DNA of 64,000 nucleotides from Phormidium sp. (lineage in GTDB: Bacteria > Cyanobacteriota > Cyanobacteriia > Cyanobacteriales > Aerosakkonemataceae). Shown here one piece after another: positions 1 to 12,879 of this stretch. Each line of letters begins with the position of its first letter. The stretch's first letter is position 1. Below the pieces are notes generated by a model. That model was not told the origin of the DNA. It was given only the letters and a program-made list of their open reading frames with translations, and did no database searches. The DNA lies in the NCBI GenBank assembly GCA_051013385.1, contig CP143273.1:736001-800000 (forward strand), in the 5' to 3' direction. Made by a program: the position numbers and the translations under genes.

Positions 1-76
1 TCAAAAGGCAGATTTTTTGGCAATTCTTCCCAAAGGATGATCCAAAAATTATGTTCGTATAGTATAATTTACCGAT

Positions 77-3000
77 TTACCAAGGGTTGCCAATCAAAGT
101 AAAGCCTGACCAATAATAGGGGTGTGAGAAGTTTATTTTCCCTGATTGTCTCAGTTCGGGGGGTAAAGAAATTCCTGTAGGTCCTATACCTTCTAGTTCG
201 TTATTATCTACTACTACTTCACCCTTAATCATAGATACTTGAGCGCGTCTGAGTGCTTCGGCGCGAATGGGAGCAGTTTTTAATTGCTCATAAAATTCGG
301 TCATTAATCCTAATGTACCTTGGTCGGATACGTACCACAAACTGGCTAAAGCTGATTGGACTCCGGCTTGAATTGCTAATCCGGCAAAACCTAATTCTAC
401 TTGCCTGTCGCCTAATGCTGTGCGACAAGCACTTAATACTAATAATTGCACAGGTGGCTCATTCCATTTGACGTTTCTTACTTGATCTAATCCTAATCTT
501 TCATCCCAAAATTGAATGTAAGAATTGTTGGGATTTCCTGGTCTAAATTCGGCGTGGGTGGCGAGGTGAACGATTTCAAAATTACCACTATTGCGTTGAG
601 TGGTGAGATTATTTACGGTAAAAGCTTCGTTTAAGGAAATTCTTCCAGACCACAGTTGATTTGCAATTGTAGATAGTTCTACTGGTACTGCTGGTAAGGG
701 AGCTTGTTCTTTAAATGTTGAGGCTCCCATTGCTAAAACTGTAGAGTTTTTCAAGTTATAAAAACGAGGATTAGTTAAGCTAAAACTCGGCATTAAGGAA
801 ACACTATAACGTTCGACAATAAATCCTTTCCCATCATGTAAAGCTGCTAATGGTAACGATCGCAAACCTGCATCGGGAATAAAGATTAAGTTTTTAATTC
901 CCCGTTCTTGTAATTTACTTTCAATGGGAGCAATCAATAATTTGTAGAGTTCTTGTGCTGGTGGTAAGTAACTGGTGGTATCCAATTTTGAGCGATCGGT
1001 TACTTCCATTTGCAATTGTCTAGCCAAGGAAATTATTTGTTCTTTGGTAACATTACCAATGGGAAAACGCACTGGTTCGCCTTCTGGTGTGATGAGGAAT
1101 AGTTCGACGCGATCGCTATCTTTTTCTTGACAATTTTCGGCTTGTAATTCACTATTTTGCACTCTAGTACCAGGATCGGGAGGACAGGTAACAAGTGCTT
1201 CTGCTCCCTGTTCTCCCCGTCCAAAAACTACATAAAAAATCGCCGATCTGACACCTGTTTCCTCTTGGTTCCGTCGCAGTTGCTCGCGAATTTCTTCCAC
1301 AGTTTTAATGTTATTAGTAACTGTCAAACCTAAATAAGCTGAAAATTCTTCGCTAAACTTTTCTTCTGTTACTCCTAATATAGGATCGATGGAAAGAGGA
1401 GGAACTTGAGTGACGGGAATTGTAGGTAAATCAGAAATATTTTCTTGTTGTTGAATTACCTGTTTAATTTCATTATCTATTCGAGCGCCTGGATCGCCTG
1501 GATTACCTGGATCGCCTGGATTACCTGGATCGCCTGGATCGCCTGGATCGCCTGGATTACCTGGATCGCCTGGATTACCTGGATCGCCTGGATCGCCTGG
1601 ATCGCCTTTAAAATCTTTAGTAATAATTTGAATGTTTCCTAAAGTATAGGAACCTGGAAAAGCTTGAGTAGGAGTAATAGTATCTGCTCCCGTTGTTAAA
1701 GCTCCCGCTGTTCCGTTTTTGCTAGCATCTCCCACGATAAAAGGTATTTTTAAAGAACCGCCTCCATGACGAATAATAATCGAACCATTTCCCGTTGCGC
1801 CAGCAGTAGAAATACTACTATTTACACCTTTGTTATCAATAAAAGTCGCAGTTGAACGGAATAAACTTTCTGTTGTTATGTCAACTTTCCCACCAATTCC
1901 TTGACTTCCTCCTTGAGCGTTAATAAACCCAACTTGGACATCATTTGGAGGGTCGATAAACACTGTTCCACCATCACCAATGGTAGCACTAACATCGATG
2001 TTAGCTGTGGTAATGCGATCGCCAGATTTAACAGTTACCGTACCGCCTTTTTCTACTCCCGTTGCAGTTAAATTCCCCGTAGTTACAGCTTTTGGAGTAA
2101 TTAGGGTAATAGTTCCCCCTATTCCTGCATTAGAAGCATCTAAATTGCCAGTTTCAATAATCCCATTTTGGCTATTAGCCGAAATATTTCCGCCTTTTGC
2201 AGATATATTACTAGTGCGAATATCACCAGTTGTATTTAATTCTACTCCGGCTCCGCTGGTGGTAATATTTGCTTTTAAATTAACATTACCAGTTCCCGCA
2301 TTAAACTGTAATTGTTGTGCTTGAATTGTCGAATTTGCTGTTAAATCTTTGGTGTTAGTAATTAAAATATTGCCAAGTTCTTGACCTTTACTACCAACAG
2401 CACCATTAAAGGTAACATTACCATTACCAGTTTCAGCAGACAAGGTTAAATTGTTAGCTTTCCCAACTTCGCTATCTACCGTATTACCAAAAGTAATATT
2501 GCCATTTACCGTACTAAAAACAGCATTGTCTGTGAGAATTACTGGTGCATTAATAGACAATTCACTAACAGTATTGATCCCTTGAGAAACAAAGACATTG
2601 TTAGCACTACTGATATCTAATTTACTTAAAGGTGAGTTTTTGCCAACAACTGCATTAAAGCGAATGTTTCCACTACCTGCGACTAAATTTAGCTGTTTAT
2701 TTCCATCTAAGGAACCGTTAAAAGTAATATCACCTGCTCCCAAAGCTGTATTAATAGTGATATCATTTCCTAACTGAATGGCTCTACCTAAAGTAATATT
2801 TTGGTTTTCTGCGGAAATATTAGCATTTAGATTTATTAGCGCACCATCTAAAGTAATTGAAGCATTATCTTTAGCGCTGATTGCGCCATTAACGTTAATT
2901 GTGCCACTTCCGGTGCGAATGGTGATTGGATCGTTAAATGTCACTTCTTTAACTGATACTAATCCCGTTCCATCTATACGTCCAATAACGATCGCATTAA

Positions 3001-6000
3001 AACCATTTTCTAAGTTAGCTAAAGTGCTAGCAGAGAGGTTAAACGCGCCAGGAATAGGATCGGCGATCGCAACCGTTTGATTAGCATCTGCTGGTTCTAA
3101 AATTAAATTACCACTACCAGTAGCTTTTCCACCAAAAATAATTTCTCCTGCTCTTAAAGTGAGCGAGTTAGTACCAGAAAATAAGCCGGAGTAGAATGCG
3201 ATCGCACCTGTACCCGGATTAAATTTTGTCTCACCTATTAAAGTTACAAAACTATTAAATCTGATATCATCATTAGTAGTAGTAATACTTCCCGAAGTAA
3301 ATACTTCCCCAGTTCCTATTTGATTAAACGCACCATCTAAATTAATAACAAATTTAAGGTTTAACCCGCCACTATTATTAATAGTAAAACTCCCATTATT
3401 AGTGGTAGTAATCCCCCCATTTAAATTCAAAATATTACCATTTAAGTTAATACCTTGGTGACTATTAGTATCTAAAACGCCTAAATTAGTCACTCCAGTT
3501 CCCGCTTTTTGGGTGATACTTGCTGCGGTTATTGATGTGCCATTAACATCAGTGGCACTTTCAATAATTAAATTCCCAATTCGCGTATTACTGCCAACCG
3601 CACCGCCTAAATTAATCTTCCCAATTCCAGCATTTAAAGTTAAATTTGCTCCCCCATCTACCGCACTATTAAAAGTAATATCGCCAATCCCTGCACCTGT
3701 ATCTAAAGAAGTATCTCCCAGCAGAGTTACCGCACTTTTGAAACTGATTTCATCGTCGGTAGTCGTCAGTTTTCCTGCTAAAGAAACTACTCCTTCCCCA
3801 ACTTGCTTAAATGCTCCATCTAATTTAAAAATTTCCGCATCCAAAGTCAAAGGACTGGCATTACTAATCGTAAATCCGCCATTATTAGTAGTTGTGACTT
3901 TACCGTTAAATACAAAACTATTCCCTGTGAGGTTTATTCCTGTTTCGCTATTGGTGTTTAAATCTCCTAAAGTTGTTACTCCAGTTCCCGCTTTTTGGGT
4001 GATACTTGCTGCGGTTATTGATGTGCCATTAACATCAGTGGCACTTTCAATAATTAAATTCCCAATTCGCGTATTACTGCCAACCGCACCGCCTAAATTA
4101 ATCTTCCCAATTCCAGCATTTAAAGTTAAATTTGCTCCCCCATCTACCGCACTATTAAAAGTAATATCGCCAATCCCTGCACCTGTATCTAAAGAAGTAT
4201 CTCCCAGCAGAGTTACCGCACTTTTGAAACTGATTTCATCGTCGGTAGTCGTCAGTTTTCCTGCTAAAGAAACTACTCCTTCCCCAACTTGCTTAAATGC
4301 TCCATCTAATTTAAAAATTTCCGCATCTAAAGTCAAAGGACTGGCATTACTAATCGTAAATCCGCCATTATTAGTAGTTGTGACTTTACCGTTAAATACA
4401 AAACTATTCCCTGTGAGGTTTATTCCTGTTTCGCTATTGGTGTTTAAATCTCCTAAAGTTGTTACTCCAGTTCCCGCTTTTTGGGTGATACTTGCTGCGG
4501 TTATTGATGTGCCATTAACATCAGTGGCACTTTCAATAATTAAATTCCCAATTCGCGTATTACTGCCAACCGCACCGCCTAAATTAATCTTCCCAATTCC
4601 AGCATTTAAAGTTAAATTTGCTCCCCCATCTACCGCACTATTAAAAGTAATATCGCCAATCCCTGCACCTGTATCTAAAGAAGTATCTCCCAGCAGAGTT
4701 ACCGCACTTTTGAAACTGATTTCATCGTCGGTAGTCGTCAGTTTTCCTGCTAAAGAAACTACTCCTTCCCCAACTTGCTTAAATGCTCCATCTAATTTAA
4801 AAATTTCCGCATCCAAAGTCAAAGGACTGGCATTACTAATCGTAAATCCGCCATTATTAGTAGTTGTGACTTTACCGTTAAATACAAAACTATTCCCTGT
4901 GAGGTTTATTCCTGTTTCGCTATTGGTGTTTAAATCTCCTAAAGTTGTTACTCCAGTTCCCGCTTTTTGGGTGATGCTTGCTGCGGTTATTGATTTGGCA
5001 GTAACGTTTTTAGCACTATTAATAATTAAATCATTCAAAGGAATTGAACTTCCTACTGCACCATTTAAATTAATATCTCCCGTACCTGTTTCTAAAGTGA
5101 GTTTTTGATTACCATCAATTGTGCCATCAACAGAAATATTACCACCAGCTTTTACATCTGTGCTGAGAGTGACATTTTTGCCTAATAAAACGCTACCTTG
5201 AAGGTTAATATCTTGCTCAGTAGTGGTAATATCTGCGTTTAAATTAGTTTTTCCACTTAAAGTAATGGAAGCGTCATCTGTTCCCTTAATTGCACCATTG
5301 ACGATAATTTGACCATTAGGAGATTGAATAGTTACTGGGTCGCTAAATGCGATCGCATTTGGTATACTAACTACACCACTACCCTGTTCAGCACCAACAA
5401 TAATCGCAGCAAAACCTTCTGCAAAAACATTAAAATTAACAGTAGAAACATCTAAATTTTGGCTAGCTGTGAAAGGTTGAAGCAGTAACTTACCCTTACC
5501 TTGAATAGAATTTGCTTCTCCCGTAAAACTAATTTTATCGCTAGTTAAACTAATATTTCCGGTATTTGATAAACCATTAGCATTAATTTTCCCAACCGTA
5601 ACACCATTAGGTGCGCTTAAGCTAACATCTCCCGCAATACCACCTACAGAACTAGTATCCAAAATTCCCGCCGAAGTATCAATTAATCCAGCATTACTGG
5701 TGCCAAGAATATCGCCACCTTTACCAGCACCACCTGTTTTAGAAATAATATCTTTAGTAGTAATGTTACCATTAGCCTTGAGCGTAACTGCACCACCATT
5801 GCCTAAAGCAGAGTTAGAATTTAGAGAACCTTTTGTTGTAGTAATAGCACCATCGCTGCTAGTAATACTAATAATTCCACTATCATTACTACTTTCTCGC
5901 GCACGGGAATTAATCGTCCCAGTGGTAATATCTCCTAAAGCTTTTAAAGTCACATTACCACCCTTACCATTGGCAGAGTCGGCATCCAAAATTCCCAAAG

Positions 6001-9000
6001 AAGTGTCAATTTTTCCTAATGAACTTATTAAGGTAATATCGCCGCCTTTGCCACTAACATCAGAATCAGCAGATAAAGTTTTAGTAGTAATGTTACCTTG
6101 TGCTTCAAAGCGAATTGCACCGCCATCACCAGCACTAGTAAAACCAGAACGTACATCGCCAGCAGTAGAATCAATTGCTCCTGTTTTACTAATTAAAGTA
6201 ATGTCCCCTCCATTACCACCTGTGTTAGAAGTATATGACCAAACTTGAGCAACGGTGATATTACCATTAGCGTTGAGTGTAATTGGACTTCCATTTCCAG
6301 TAATAGATGTAGCATCTAAAGTGCCTAATTGAGTGTTAATTGCTCCATTAGTGCTAGTAATAGTAATTCCTTTCGGTGCGGTAATATTACCAGTATTAAT
6401 ATCTTGATTCCCTAGTAAAGTTACACTAGCATCATCTTTGCCAGCAATACTAAATCCTGTGGTTTTGATATTTCCTGCACCAACTGGAGATTGCAAAGTT
6501 ATAGGATCATTAAAAGTTACATTCCCTTCAACATTAATAGCACCTGCGCTATTATTCCCTCCAATAATGATTTGCGAAAAACCATTTTGTATAGTGGCAA
6601 GTTCATTATCATTAAGATTCAATCTGGCATCTTCAATTTTGCCGCCAACAGAAATACCTAGACTGGGAGTAAGCGGTTGTAATTGTAGGATATTCTTGCC
6701 ACTAATTTTAGTAGTACCAATTAAATCAATTTCATCTGCCGTGAAAATAACATTACCAACATCTGTAGCGTTTGATTTAACAACACTGTCATTAATACTA
6801 ATTCCGGCAGCATTATTAGTACCTGTACCCGTTAAGCTAATATCCCCAGTTTTAGTTACTTCTAATAAAGCTCCCTTATCAGTGCGAATTCCATTTTGTC
6901 CAGTTCCACTTCCAGTTCCACCTTTACCAATGAAACTAATACCATTTGCTGAACGGATAATACTAGAATCAAAAATTCCTATTCCGTAATTGTTATCAGT
7001 TCCATTACCACCAATGCCATTAAAGGTTATCGTTCCTATTCCCTTTGTTTCTAATAACGTACCATTGCCATCAAATTGAACGCCTATATTTGAATTCCCA
7101 GTTCCATTACCACCTTTTCCAGAAACTTTAATATCACCATTGTTTGTGCTAATACTAGGACTTACACCACCATTGGGGCCAATTACTACTCCGGCATTGA
7201 AATTTATGCCACTTCCACCAGTACCATCTATAGTTATTCCGCCTGTCCCAGTTGCTTCTAATACCGCACCATTGAGATGTCGAATTCCAATGTTAGAATT
7301 GCCTCTTCCATCGCCAGCAACACCTATCAGCTGAATATTTCCATCCTGTGAACTGACTTTAGAACCAACATCACTGATTATTATCCCACCATTGAAACCA
7401 TCAGCATTTCCACCTTTGCCATTGATGGTAATATTTCCTGCTCCTATGGCTTTTACAACACCACTTTCAACAACTCGAACACCATTATTATCATTTCCTG
7501 TTCCATTTCCACCAGTACCTTTAATACTAATACTGCCATCATTGGCATTCACCAGAGAATTTACACCAGTGATATTTACTCCCGAATTGAAATCTATTCC
7601 ATTTCCACCCGTGCCATTGAGGTCAATTTTTCCAGTGCCAATGCTTTCTACCACACCGCCCAAGTCAAGCACAATACCATAATTTTGATTTCCGGTTCCA
7701 TTTCCACCACCAGTGCCAGTAATAGTAAGCTCACCATTATTGGCACTAACTTTAGAACCTGCACCACTAATAAATACCCCAGTATTGGAATCTTTTCCAT
7801 TTCCACCAGTTCCAGTTAAGGTAATTGTTCCTGTGCCAATGCTTTCTACCACGCCGCCCAAGTCAAGCACAATACCACGATTTTGATTTCCGGTTCCATT
7901 TCCAGCTTTTCCAGTAATAGTAAGCTCACCATTATTGGCACTAACTTTAGAACCTGCACCACTAATAAATACCCCATTATTTTCATCTATTCCATTTCCA
8001 CCCGTGCCATTGAGGTCAATTTTTCCAGTGCCAATGCTTTCTACCACGCCGCCGTTTTGAACATTAATACCAGAATTTTGATTTCCGGTTCCATTTCCAC
8101 CACCAGTGCCAGTAATAGTAAGCTCACCATTATTGGCACTAACTTTAGAACCTGCACCAATAATCAATACCCCAAGATTGGAATCTATTCCATTTCCACC
8201 AGTACCATTGAGGTTAATTTTTCCAGTGCCAATGCTTTCTACCACACCGCCGTTTTGAACCTCAATACCACGATTTAGATTTCCGGTTCCATTTCCAGCT
8301 TTTCCAGTAATAGTAATATCACCATTATTGGTACTAACTTTAGAGCCTGCACCAGCAATAATTACCCCAAGATTTCCATCTATTCCATTTCCACCAGTAC
8401 CATCGAGGGTAATTTGTCCAGCGCCAGTACTTTCTACTACAGCGCCGTCTTGAAGTACAATACCATAATTGTTATTTCCTTCTCCATTTCCACCAGTACC
8501 AGTACCAGTAATAGTAATAGCACCATTGTTGGCACTAATTTTAGAACCTGAACCGCTAATAAATACGCCTGAACTGGAATCTCTTCCATTTCCAGCAGTG
8601 CCATTGAGGGTAATATTTCCTGCATCTTGAGTTTGCAGAGAACTGTTTAACAAAGAAATTCCATCATAACCAGTACCTTGAATAAGATAACCAGTTCCTG
8701 TCAGCTGAATATTCCCGCCTTGAGCATCAATAGTGCTGTTTTGCAGGCTAACGGCATCACTGAAATAGCCTGTGCCAGTTCCGGTAAAATTGCCTCCGCC
8801 TGTCTTAATCGTGGCATCTTTGATAACTAGTTCACCGCCAAAGTTATTATCAACGTTAGCACTAAGAGTTACTGCTCCTCCGTTAGTTGTAATGTTTTTA
8901 TTAACTCGAATATCGTTTTTAGCTTCGGCTGTAATTCCTACACCTTTGGCAGTAATATTAATGGGTGCATCAAAAATAATGTTACTGGTGGCTTGCAGGG

Positions 9001-11263
9001 TGACATTAGTAGCGGCATCATTAATTAATCCTACATCAATAGTAGCTGGTTCTGGCGGTGGGTCTTCCTCGTCAAATTCGTCTACTTGATTTAATTTACT
9101 AACAGTTCCCTGGCCCTCTTGAATTATTATATTATCTGGGTCAAGTAACAGCATTCCTGGATTGCCATTAGTTGCCAGGGTATTAACTTTTCCTTGAAAG
9201 TCTAAAAACTCTTTTCCTGATACTTCTACAAAACCACCATTGCCGGAATTAGTGCCACCTTTGGCGCTGATGCTGCCATAAAATCTTGTTGTTTTATCAG
9301 ACCAAACAATTACTTCTCCGCCATTTCCGTTAATCAAACTATCAGCAGAAATAGTTGCATCTTTACTGACAAAGGTGAGGGAAGCATTCGGCAATGTTCC
9401 TTTGCCTTGGTAATCTCCACCAATGCGGATATTGCCACCGTCTTTAGTTCCTGATGCGTTAATGTTGGCGTTAATTACACCAACTTTGTTTGCCAAAATA
9501 TTGATGTTACCGCCTGTTTGTCCGGCGACATTTATTTGACCGGATGCTATTGTTGTATTTCCGGTGGTGGGAATGCGAATTCCTGAGCCTGTTATTTCTA
9601 CTGTACCATCTTGGTTAACAGTAACTCCGGTTGCGTTTCCGCCTGTGCCGCCAGTTAACATTTGTGGTAGGCTGGCGATCGGTAAATTAAAATCATTAGG
9701 TTGAGTTAAATTATTCCCGATTGGTTGAACTTCTAAACTCAACAAAAATCCGGGTTGCGAAAGTCTGACTAAACTACTACCAGGAACGGCGGCAATGGTA
9801 ATATTTCCTTGGGGTGCTGTTAAAGTTCCAGTGTTAATAACTGTTCCGGCTAATAAGTTTAAATCTTGACCTAATCCTACGGCTAAATCCCCGGAATTAA
9901 TAATTGCTCCCGGTTGTTGCATGGTGAAAGCAAAGGCATTAGGATCGCCTACTAATGAGGCATAATTATTGTTACCTGTGGCGTTAAACCAATTATTACC
10001 AAAACCTATGCCATTAGCGGTAGTTGCGGTGAAAGCAGCCGGAACATTTAGTCTGGCATTTTGCCCAAAGACAATTCCTGAAGGATTCATTAAAAACAGG
10101 TTGGAATTTCCGCCTGTTACTTGAATTAAACCGTTTATATAAGAAATTTCTCCGCCGTTGATTCTAGCTAAAATATTCCGAATGTTTGGTTGAGATAAAA
10201 AGTTGGCTATTTGTTGGTTGTCTAACCCAAATCTAGTAAAAGTATGGAATAAATTTGCACCATCGCTCGACCTTTGTCCGCCTGTAATGTCAAAGCGGTT
10301 TCCTTGGGGATTAACTATGGTATTTGTGCCGTCATTAGCGGGAACTATTGGTTGAGTAAATCCGGGATTTACATTTAAAAATGTCAGGGAGGAAAGGAAA
10401 AATGAGGCGGCAATAGTTTTTTCTATTTTCTTGCTAATCGGGATGATATTAGAGTGTTGATTAGTTAATTTTCTCGGGTATTTTTGCGGTTTATTTATTA
10501 AGGTAAATAGCGGTTGAATTTGCCCATTTATTTGCTTTAGTTGTAAATCGATGAAAAAGCGATCGCTCATTCCCCGCCTTTCTAGCGCTCTTATCATGAT
10601 TTTGTGCGAGTAATTTATTACTTCTAATTGCTTGGCAGAAGTAATACTTTCAGCATGATGGCGATAATAATAAAGCGGTTTATTTAAATGCTTGACTTCC
10701 GCAACTTCTGATAACCTTACACACAAATCATAATCGGAAATATACTGAATTTCTTCGTCAATTCCTCCGGCTACTTCAAAAGCTGAACGGCGAATTAATC
10801 GGAAATGAAATGTCATGAATTGCAGCAAAAGTTGCTCTTTTGAGTAAGGAACACTGCAACGCTGTCCATAACCGATAATTTCACCTGTTTTAGAAATATC
10901 TATATAATCTGTATAAACAAAGCCTACTTCTGGATGAGCATCCAGTATTGCACCTGTTTCTTCAATTGCTGTTGGTGCTAGCAAATCATCGCTATCTACC
11001 CACCCGAAATAAGTCCCGGTAATTTCTGCCATAGCTGCTTTTCTGGCGGGAGTTTCTCCGCGATGTTCGGCAGCTATTACTCTGATTCGGCGATCGTTTT
11101 TTGCATAATTTTGGGCAATTTCTACAGAATTATCCGTAGAACCATCGTCCCAAATTAATAACTCGAAGTCATGCTTAGTTTGTGCTAAAACACTTTCAAT
11201 AGCAGCACTTAAATAATCTTCCCGGTTGTAGGTGATTATGACTAGAGAAATTGTGGCTGACAT
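77..11263 (-). CDS. Giant fusion protein: N-terminal GT2 glycosyltransferase + filamentous haemagglutinin-like TPS domain and beta-helix repeats + collagen-like linker + C-terminal CHAT (caspase-like) domain
   Basis: N-terminus [23 protein letters not shown] (GT-A fold, DXD); signal-like segment [30 protein letters not shown] motifs [22 protein letters not shown]-rich repeats; CHAT motifs VHLATHAEF and [12 protein letters not shown], ending [15 protein letters not shown]. Confidence 0.9.
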   Translation of the reverse strand: MSATISLVIITYNREDYLSAAIESVLAQTKHDFELLIWDDGSTDNSVEIAQNYAKNDRRIRVIAAEHRGETPARKAAMAEITGTYFGWVDSDDLLAPTAIEETGAILDAHPEVGFVYTDYIDISKTGEIIGYGQRCSVPYSKEQLLLQFMTFHFRLIRRSAFEVAGGIDEEIQYISDYDLCVRLSEVAEVKHLNKPLYYYRHHAESITSAKQLEVINYSHKIMIRALERRGMSDRFFIDLQLKQINGQIQPLFTLINKPQKYPRKLTNQHSNIIPISKKIEKTIAASFFLSSLTFLNVNPGFTQPIVPANDGTNTIVNPQGNRFDITGGQRSSDGANLFHTFTRFGLDNQQIANFLSQPNIRNILARINGGEISYINGLIQVTGGNSNLFLMNPSGIVFGQNARLNVPAAFTATTANGIGFGNNWFNATGNNNYASLVGDPNAFAFTMQQPGAIINSGDLAVGLGQDLNLLAGTVINTGTLTAPQGNITIAAVPGSSLVRLSQPGFLLSLEVQPIGNNLTQPNDFNLPIASLPQMLTGGTGGNATGVTVNQDGTVEITGSGIRIPTTGNTTIASGQINVAGQTGGNINILANKVGVINANINASGTKDGGNIRIGGDYQGKGTLPNASLTFVSKDATISADSLINGNGGEVIVWSDKTTRFYGSISAKGGTNSGNGGFVEVSGKEFLDFQGKVNTLATNGNPGMLLLDPDNIIIQEGQGTVSKLNQVDEFDEEDPPPEPATIDVGLINDAATNVTLQATSNIIFDAPINITAKGVGITAEAKNDIRVNKNITTNGGAVTLSANVDNNFGGELVIKDATIKTGGGNFTGTGTGYFSDAVSLQNSTIDAQGGNIQLTGTGYLIQGTGYDGISLLNSSLQTQDAGNITLNGTAGNGRDSSSGVFISGSGSKISANNGAITITGTGTGGNGEGNNNYGIVLQDGAVVESTGAGQITLDGTGGNGIDGNLGVIIAGAGSKVSTNNGDITITGKAGNGTGNLNRGIEVQNGGVVESIGTGKINLNGTGGNGIDSNLGVLIIGAGSKVSANNGELTITGTGGGNGTGNQNSGINVQNGGVVESIGTGKIDLNGTGGNGIDENNGVFISGAGSKVSANNGELTITGKAGNGTGNQNRGIVLDLGGVVESIGTGTITLTGTGGNGKDSNTGVFISGAGSKVSANNGELTITGTGGGNGTGNQNYGIVLDLGGVVESIGTGKIDLNGTGGNGIDFNSGVNITGVNSLVNANDGSISIKGTGGNGTGNDNNGVRVVESGVVKAIGAGNITINGKGGNADGFNGGIIISDVGSKVSSQDGNIQLIGVAGDGRGNSNIGIRHLNGAVLEATGTGGITIDGTGGSGINFNAGVVIGPNGGVSPSISTNNGDIKVSGKGGNGTGNSNIGVQFDGNGTLLETKGIGTITFNGIGGNGTDNNYGIGIFDSSIIRSANGISFIGKGGTGSGTGQNGIRTDKGALLEVTKTGDISLTGTGTNNAAGISINDSVVKSNATDVGNVIFTADEIDLIGTTKISGKNILQLQPLTPSLGISVGGKIEDARLNLNDNELATIQNGFSQIIIGGNNSAGAINVEGNVTFNDPITLQSPVGAGNIKTTGFSIAGKDDASVTLLGNQDINTGNITAPKGITITSTNGAINTQLGTLDATSITGNGSPITLNANGNITVAQVWSYTSNTGGNGGDITLISKTGAIDSTAGDVRSGFTSAGDGGAIRFEAQGNITTKTLSADSDVSGKGGDITLISSLGKIDTSLGILDADSANGKGGNVTLKALGDITTGTINSRARESSNDSGIISITSSDGAITTTKGSLNSNSALGNGGAVTLKANGNITTKDIISKTGGAGKGGDILGTSNAGLIDTSAGILDTSSVGGIAGDVSLSAPNGVTVGKINANGLSNTGNISLTSDKISFTGEANSIQGKGKLLLQPFTASQNLDVSTVNFNVFAEGFAAIIVGAEQGSGVVSIPNAIAFSDPVTIQSPNGQIIVNGAIKGTDDASITLSGKTNLNADITTTEQDINLQGSVLLGKNVTLSTDVKAGGNISVDGTIDGNQKLTLETGTGDINLNGAVGSSIPLNDLIINSAKNVTAKSITAASITQKAGTGVTTLGDLNTNSETGINLTGNSFVFNGKVTTTNNGGFTISNASPLTLDAEIFKLDGAFKQVGEGVVSLAGKLTTTDDEISFKSAVTLLGDTSLDTGAGIGDITFNSAVDGGANLTLNAGIGKINLGGAVGSNTRIGNLIIESATDVNGTSITAASITQKAGTGVTTLGDLNTNSETGINLTGNSFVFNGKVTTTNNGGFTISNASPLTLDAEIFKLDGAFKQVGEGVVSLAGKLTTTDDEISFKSAVTLLGDTSLDTGAGIGDITFNSAVDGGANLTLNAGIGKINLGGAVGSNTRIGNLIIESATDVNGTSITAASITQKAGTGVTTLGDLNTNSETGINLTGNSFVFNGKVTTTNNGGFTISNASPLTLDAEIFKLDGAFKQVGEGVVSLAGKLTTTDDEISFKSAVTLLGDTSLDTGAGIGDITFNSAVDGGANLTLNAGIGKINLGGAVGSNTRIGNLIIESATDVNGTSITAASITQKAGTGVTNLGVLDTNSHQGINLNGNILNLNGGITTTNNGSFTINNSGGLNLKFVINLDGAFNQIGTGEVFTSGSITTTNDDIRFNSFVTLIGETKFNPGTGAIAFYSGLFSGTNSLTLRAGEIIFGGKATGSGNLILEPADANQTVAIADPIPGAFNLSASTLANLENGFNAIVIGRIDGTGLVSVKEVTFNDPITIRTGSGTINVNGAISAKDNASITLDGALINLNANISAENQNITLGRAIQLGNDITINTALGAGDITFNGSLDGNKQLNLVAGSGNIRFNAVVGKNSPLSKLDISSANNVFVSQGINTVSELSINAPVILTDNAVFSTVNGNITFGNTVDSEVGKANNLTLSAETGNGNVTFNGAVGSKGQELGNILITNTKDLTANSTIQAQQLQFNAGTGNVNLKANITTSGAGVELNTTGDIRTSNISAKGGNISANSQNGIIETGNLDASNAGIGGTITLITPKAVTTGNLTATGVEKGGTVTVKSGDRITTANIDVSATIGDGGTVFIDPPNDVQVGFINAQGGSQGIGGKVDITTESLFRSTATFIDNKGVNSSISTAGATGNGSIIIRHGGGSLKIPFIVGDASKNGTAGALTTGADTITPTQAFPGSYTLGNIQIITKDFKGDPGDPGDPGNPGDPGNPGDPGDPGDPGNPGDPGNPGDPGARIDNEIKQVIQQQENISDLPTIPVTQVPPLSIDPILGVTEEKFSEEFSAYLGLTVTNNIKTVEEIREQLRRNQEETGVRSAIFYVVFGRGEQGAEALVTCPPDPGTRVQNSELQAENCQEKDSDRVELFLITPEGEPVRFPIGNVTKEQIISLARQLQMEVTDRSKLDTTSYLPPAQELYKLLIAPIESKLQERGIKNLIFIPDAGLRSLPLAALHDGKGFIVERYSVSLMPSFSLTNPRFYNLKNSTVLAMGASTFKEQAPLPAVPVELSTIANQLWSGRISLNEAFTVNNLTTQRNSGNFEIVHLATHAEFRPGNPNNSYIQFWDERLGLDQVRNVKWNEPPVQLLVLSACRTALGDRQVELGFAGLAIQAGVQSALASLWYVSDQGTLGLMTEFYEQLKTAPIRAEALRRAQVSMIKGEVVVDNNELEGIGPTGISLPPELRQSGKINFSHPYYWSGFTLIGNPW
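1490..1606 (-). repeat. 9-bp tandem repeat encoding 13 Gly-Asp/Asn-Pro triplets
   Basis: Units ggatcgcct / ggattacct; translation (GDP/GNP)x13. Confidence 0.95.
3492..4993 (-). repeat. Three near-identical 486-bp (162-aa) tandem intragenic repeats
   Basis: ctccagttcccgctttttgggtgat recurs at 3493, 3979, 4465, 4951 (period 486). Confidence 0.95.
7430..8620 (-). repeat. Degenerate 195/198-bp (65-66 aa) intragenic repeats
   Basis: cc(a/t)gtgccaatgctttctaccac-like anchor at 7632, 7830, 8025, 8223, 8418; peptide [21 protein letters not shown]. Confidence 0.85.
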
Positions 11264-11628
11264 GGCAGTATTAATTATTCTGTAAATTTGTGAAAAATAA
11301 TTACATTTATGTTGCTCAAAAGTTATGACGCAAGCAGTTATTTACTTCAAGAAGCAATGTATTTTCGCTCAATGATTTTTACTTACCAGCTGGGTAGAAC
11401 GATTTTAACAAGTAAACTAAAAAATTATTTTACCAGTTTACAGGAGTTAAGAAATTTTAACCTTTCTGGGGTGAAAGCTTTGCTAGAAGATATTCTACAG
11501 TGTTATGCGCCAATTAAACATTTATTCCTGATTTTCCCTATTAACTTCTGTATATTAAATATCTTGGTTGATAATCCTAAACTTCAGATCGATCGCATCA
11601 CCAGTTAATCGCGATCGTTAAGTACGTT

Positions 11629-11695
11629 GTAGGGTGCGTCAGAACCTTAAAATTATTGTAACTTGCCTAAAATTATAATTTCTGACGCACCCTAC
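11629..11695. repeat. REP-like inverted repeat (GTAG family)
   Basis: GTAGGGTGCGTCAGAA ... TTCTGACGCACCCTAC. Confidence 0.8.
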
Positions 11696-11717
11696 AGAAT
11701 ATAACTAAGAACTTGCG

Positions 11718-12845
11718 TTACTTATCTTTTTTTACAGCAGTATTCTCTAAAAGTAAATTTTCTCGATCGTCATCAAAAGGATTATTAAAAAACGAGCCCG
11801 TTTGCGGTGGTAAATCAGGATCAAAAACAATTTCCGCGATACTTTTAATCACACCAGTGAGAGGAATTGCCAGAACTACACCTAAGAACCCACCAAATTT
11901 AGCTCCTAATAATAAAGCCATAAACAGAATTACTGGCGAAAACCCAGTTAAACCTCCCATTAATCTGGGGGAAACTAAATTATCTTTAATTTGTTGAATT
12001 ATAACTGAAGTTCCTAAAACTTGCAGTGCTAACCACCAATCAATAAACGCTACTATGATTACTACCGTACCAATTCCTAAAGTTGCACCCACAAAAGGAA
12101 TCACTTCCATTAAGCCAATAAAAACGGCAAATAACAGAAAAAATGGTACTCTTAGTAACCAAAAAGCAAAACTTAACATTACTGCCATAAATACGCCTAA
12201 AAGTAACTGACCCGAAATGAACTTTTGCAGATTTTTTTGTAGTGATTCAGTCAATACTTGGCGAACTATAGGTGATAAAAAGCTGGTGATTCCTCCCCAA
12301 ACTCTTTCGCCATCAACTAGCATATAAAAGGAGATTACCACAATGAATATTAAGTCGAGAAACCAGTTAAATGTGCCAACTACTAAACCTAAACCTTTAC
12401 TGGCGATTACTTCGGCTTGAGCTTGCACTCTCGATAATAATTGAGAAGCTACAATTCGGACATCAAATGGCAAATTATGATCGAGACTCCAAACTTGGAA
12501 ATTGTCTAATTGTTGTCGTCCAGATTGTACCAACGAAGGTAAATTAGTGACTAATTGTATTCCTTGATTAAATACGGGTGGTACTACCGTAAGTCCGATA
12601 AAAGTAATGGCAACAATTGCGGTTAAATAAACTAAGGCTATGGCTAAAATTCTGGGTAAAAATCGTTGTAAAACTTTCACCGGGTAGTTGAATAAAAATG
12701 CCAGCAGTGCAGCTGTCAGGAAAACACTGACTAATTCTCCGACATAACCAATTGTTACTAAAGTTGCCCAAATAGCTGCTAATACTAGCAGCCACGTTAT
12801 CATAAACTTCTGTACAGGTGAGAAAATTGAATCCTCTTTGTTCAT
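11718..12845 (-). CDS. AI-2E family transporter (PerM-like)
   Basis: 375 aa, multi-TM, motifs IPFVGATLG, QQIKDNLVSPRLMG, GVVLAIP. Confidence 0.85.
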   Translation of the reverse strand: MNKEDSIFSPVQKFMITWLLVLAAIWATLVTIGYVGELVSVFLTAALLAFLFNYPVKVLQRFLPRILAIALVYLTAIVAITFIGLTVVPPVFNQGIQLVTNLPSLVQSGRQQLDNFQVWSLDHNLPFDVRIVASQLLSRVQAQAEVIASKGLGLVVGTFNWFLDLIFIVVISFYMLVDGERVWGGITSFLSPIVRQVLTESLQKNLQKFISGQLLLGVFMAVMLSFAFWLLRVPFFLLFAVFIGLMEVIPFVGATLGIGTVVIIVAFIDWWLALQVLGTSVIIQQIKDNLVSPRLMGGLTGFSPVILFMALLLGAKFGGFLGVVLAIPLTGVIKSIAEIVFDPDLPPQTGSFFNNPFDDDRENLLLENTAVKKDK

Positions 12846-12879
12846 GGGTAGTTGATTATTAAACGTTGGTAATTATATC

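Noticed and set aside
3513..5108. 531-aa + strand ORF and other ORFs opposite the giant gene
   Set aside because: Antisense shadows of the repetitive passenger with no independent motifs
11309..11608. 99-aa ORF upstream of the giant gene
   Set aside because: AT-rich promoter region, TTG start, no recognisable motifs
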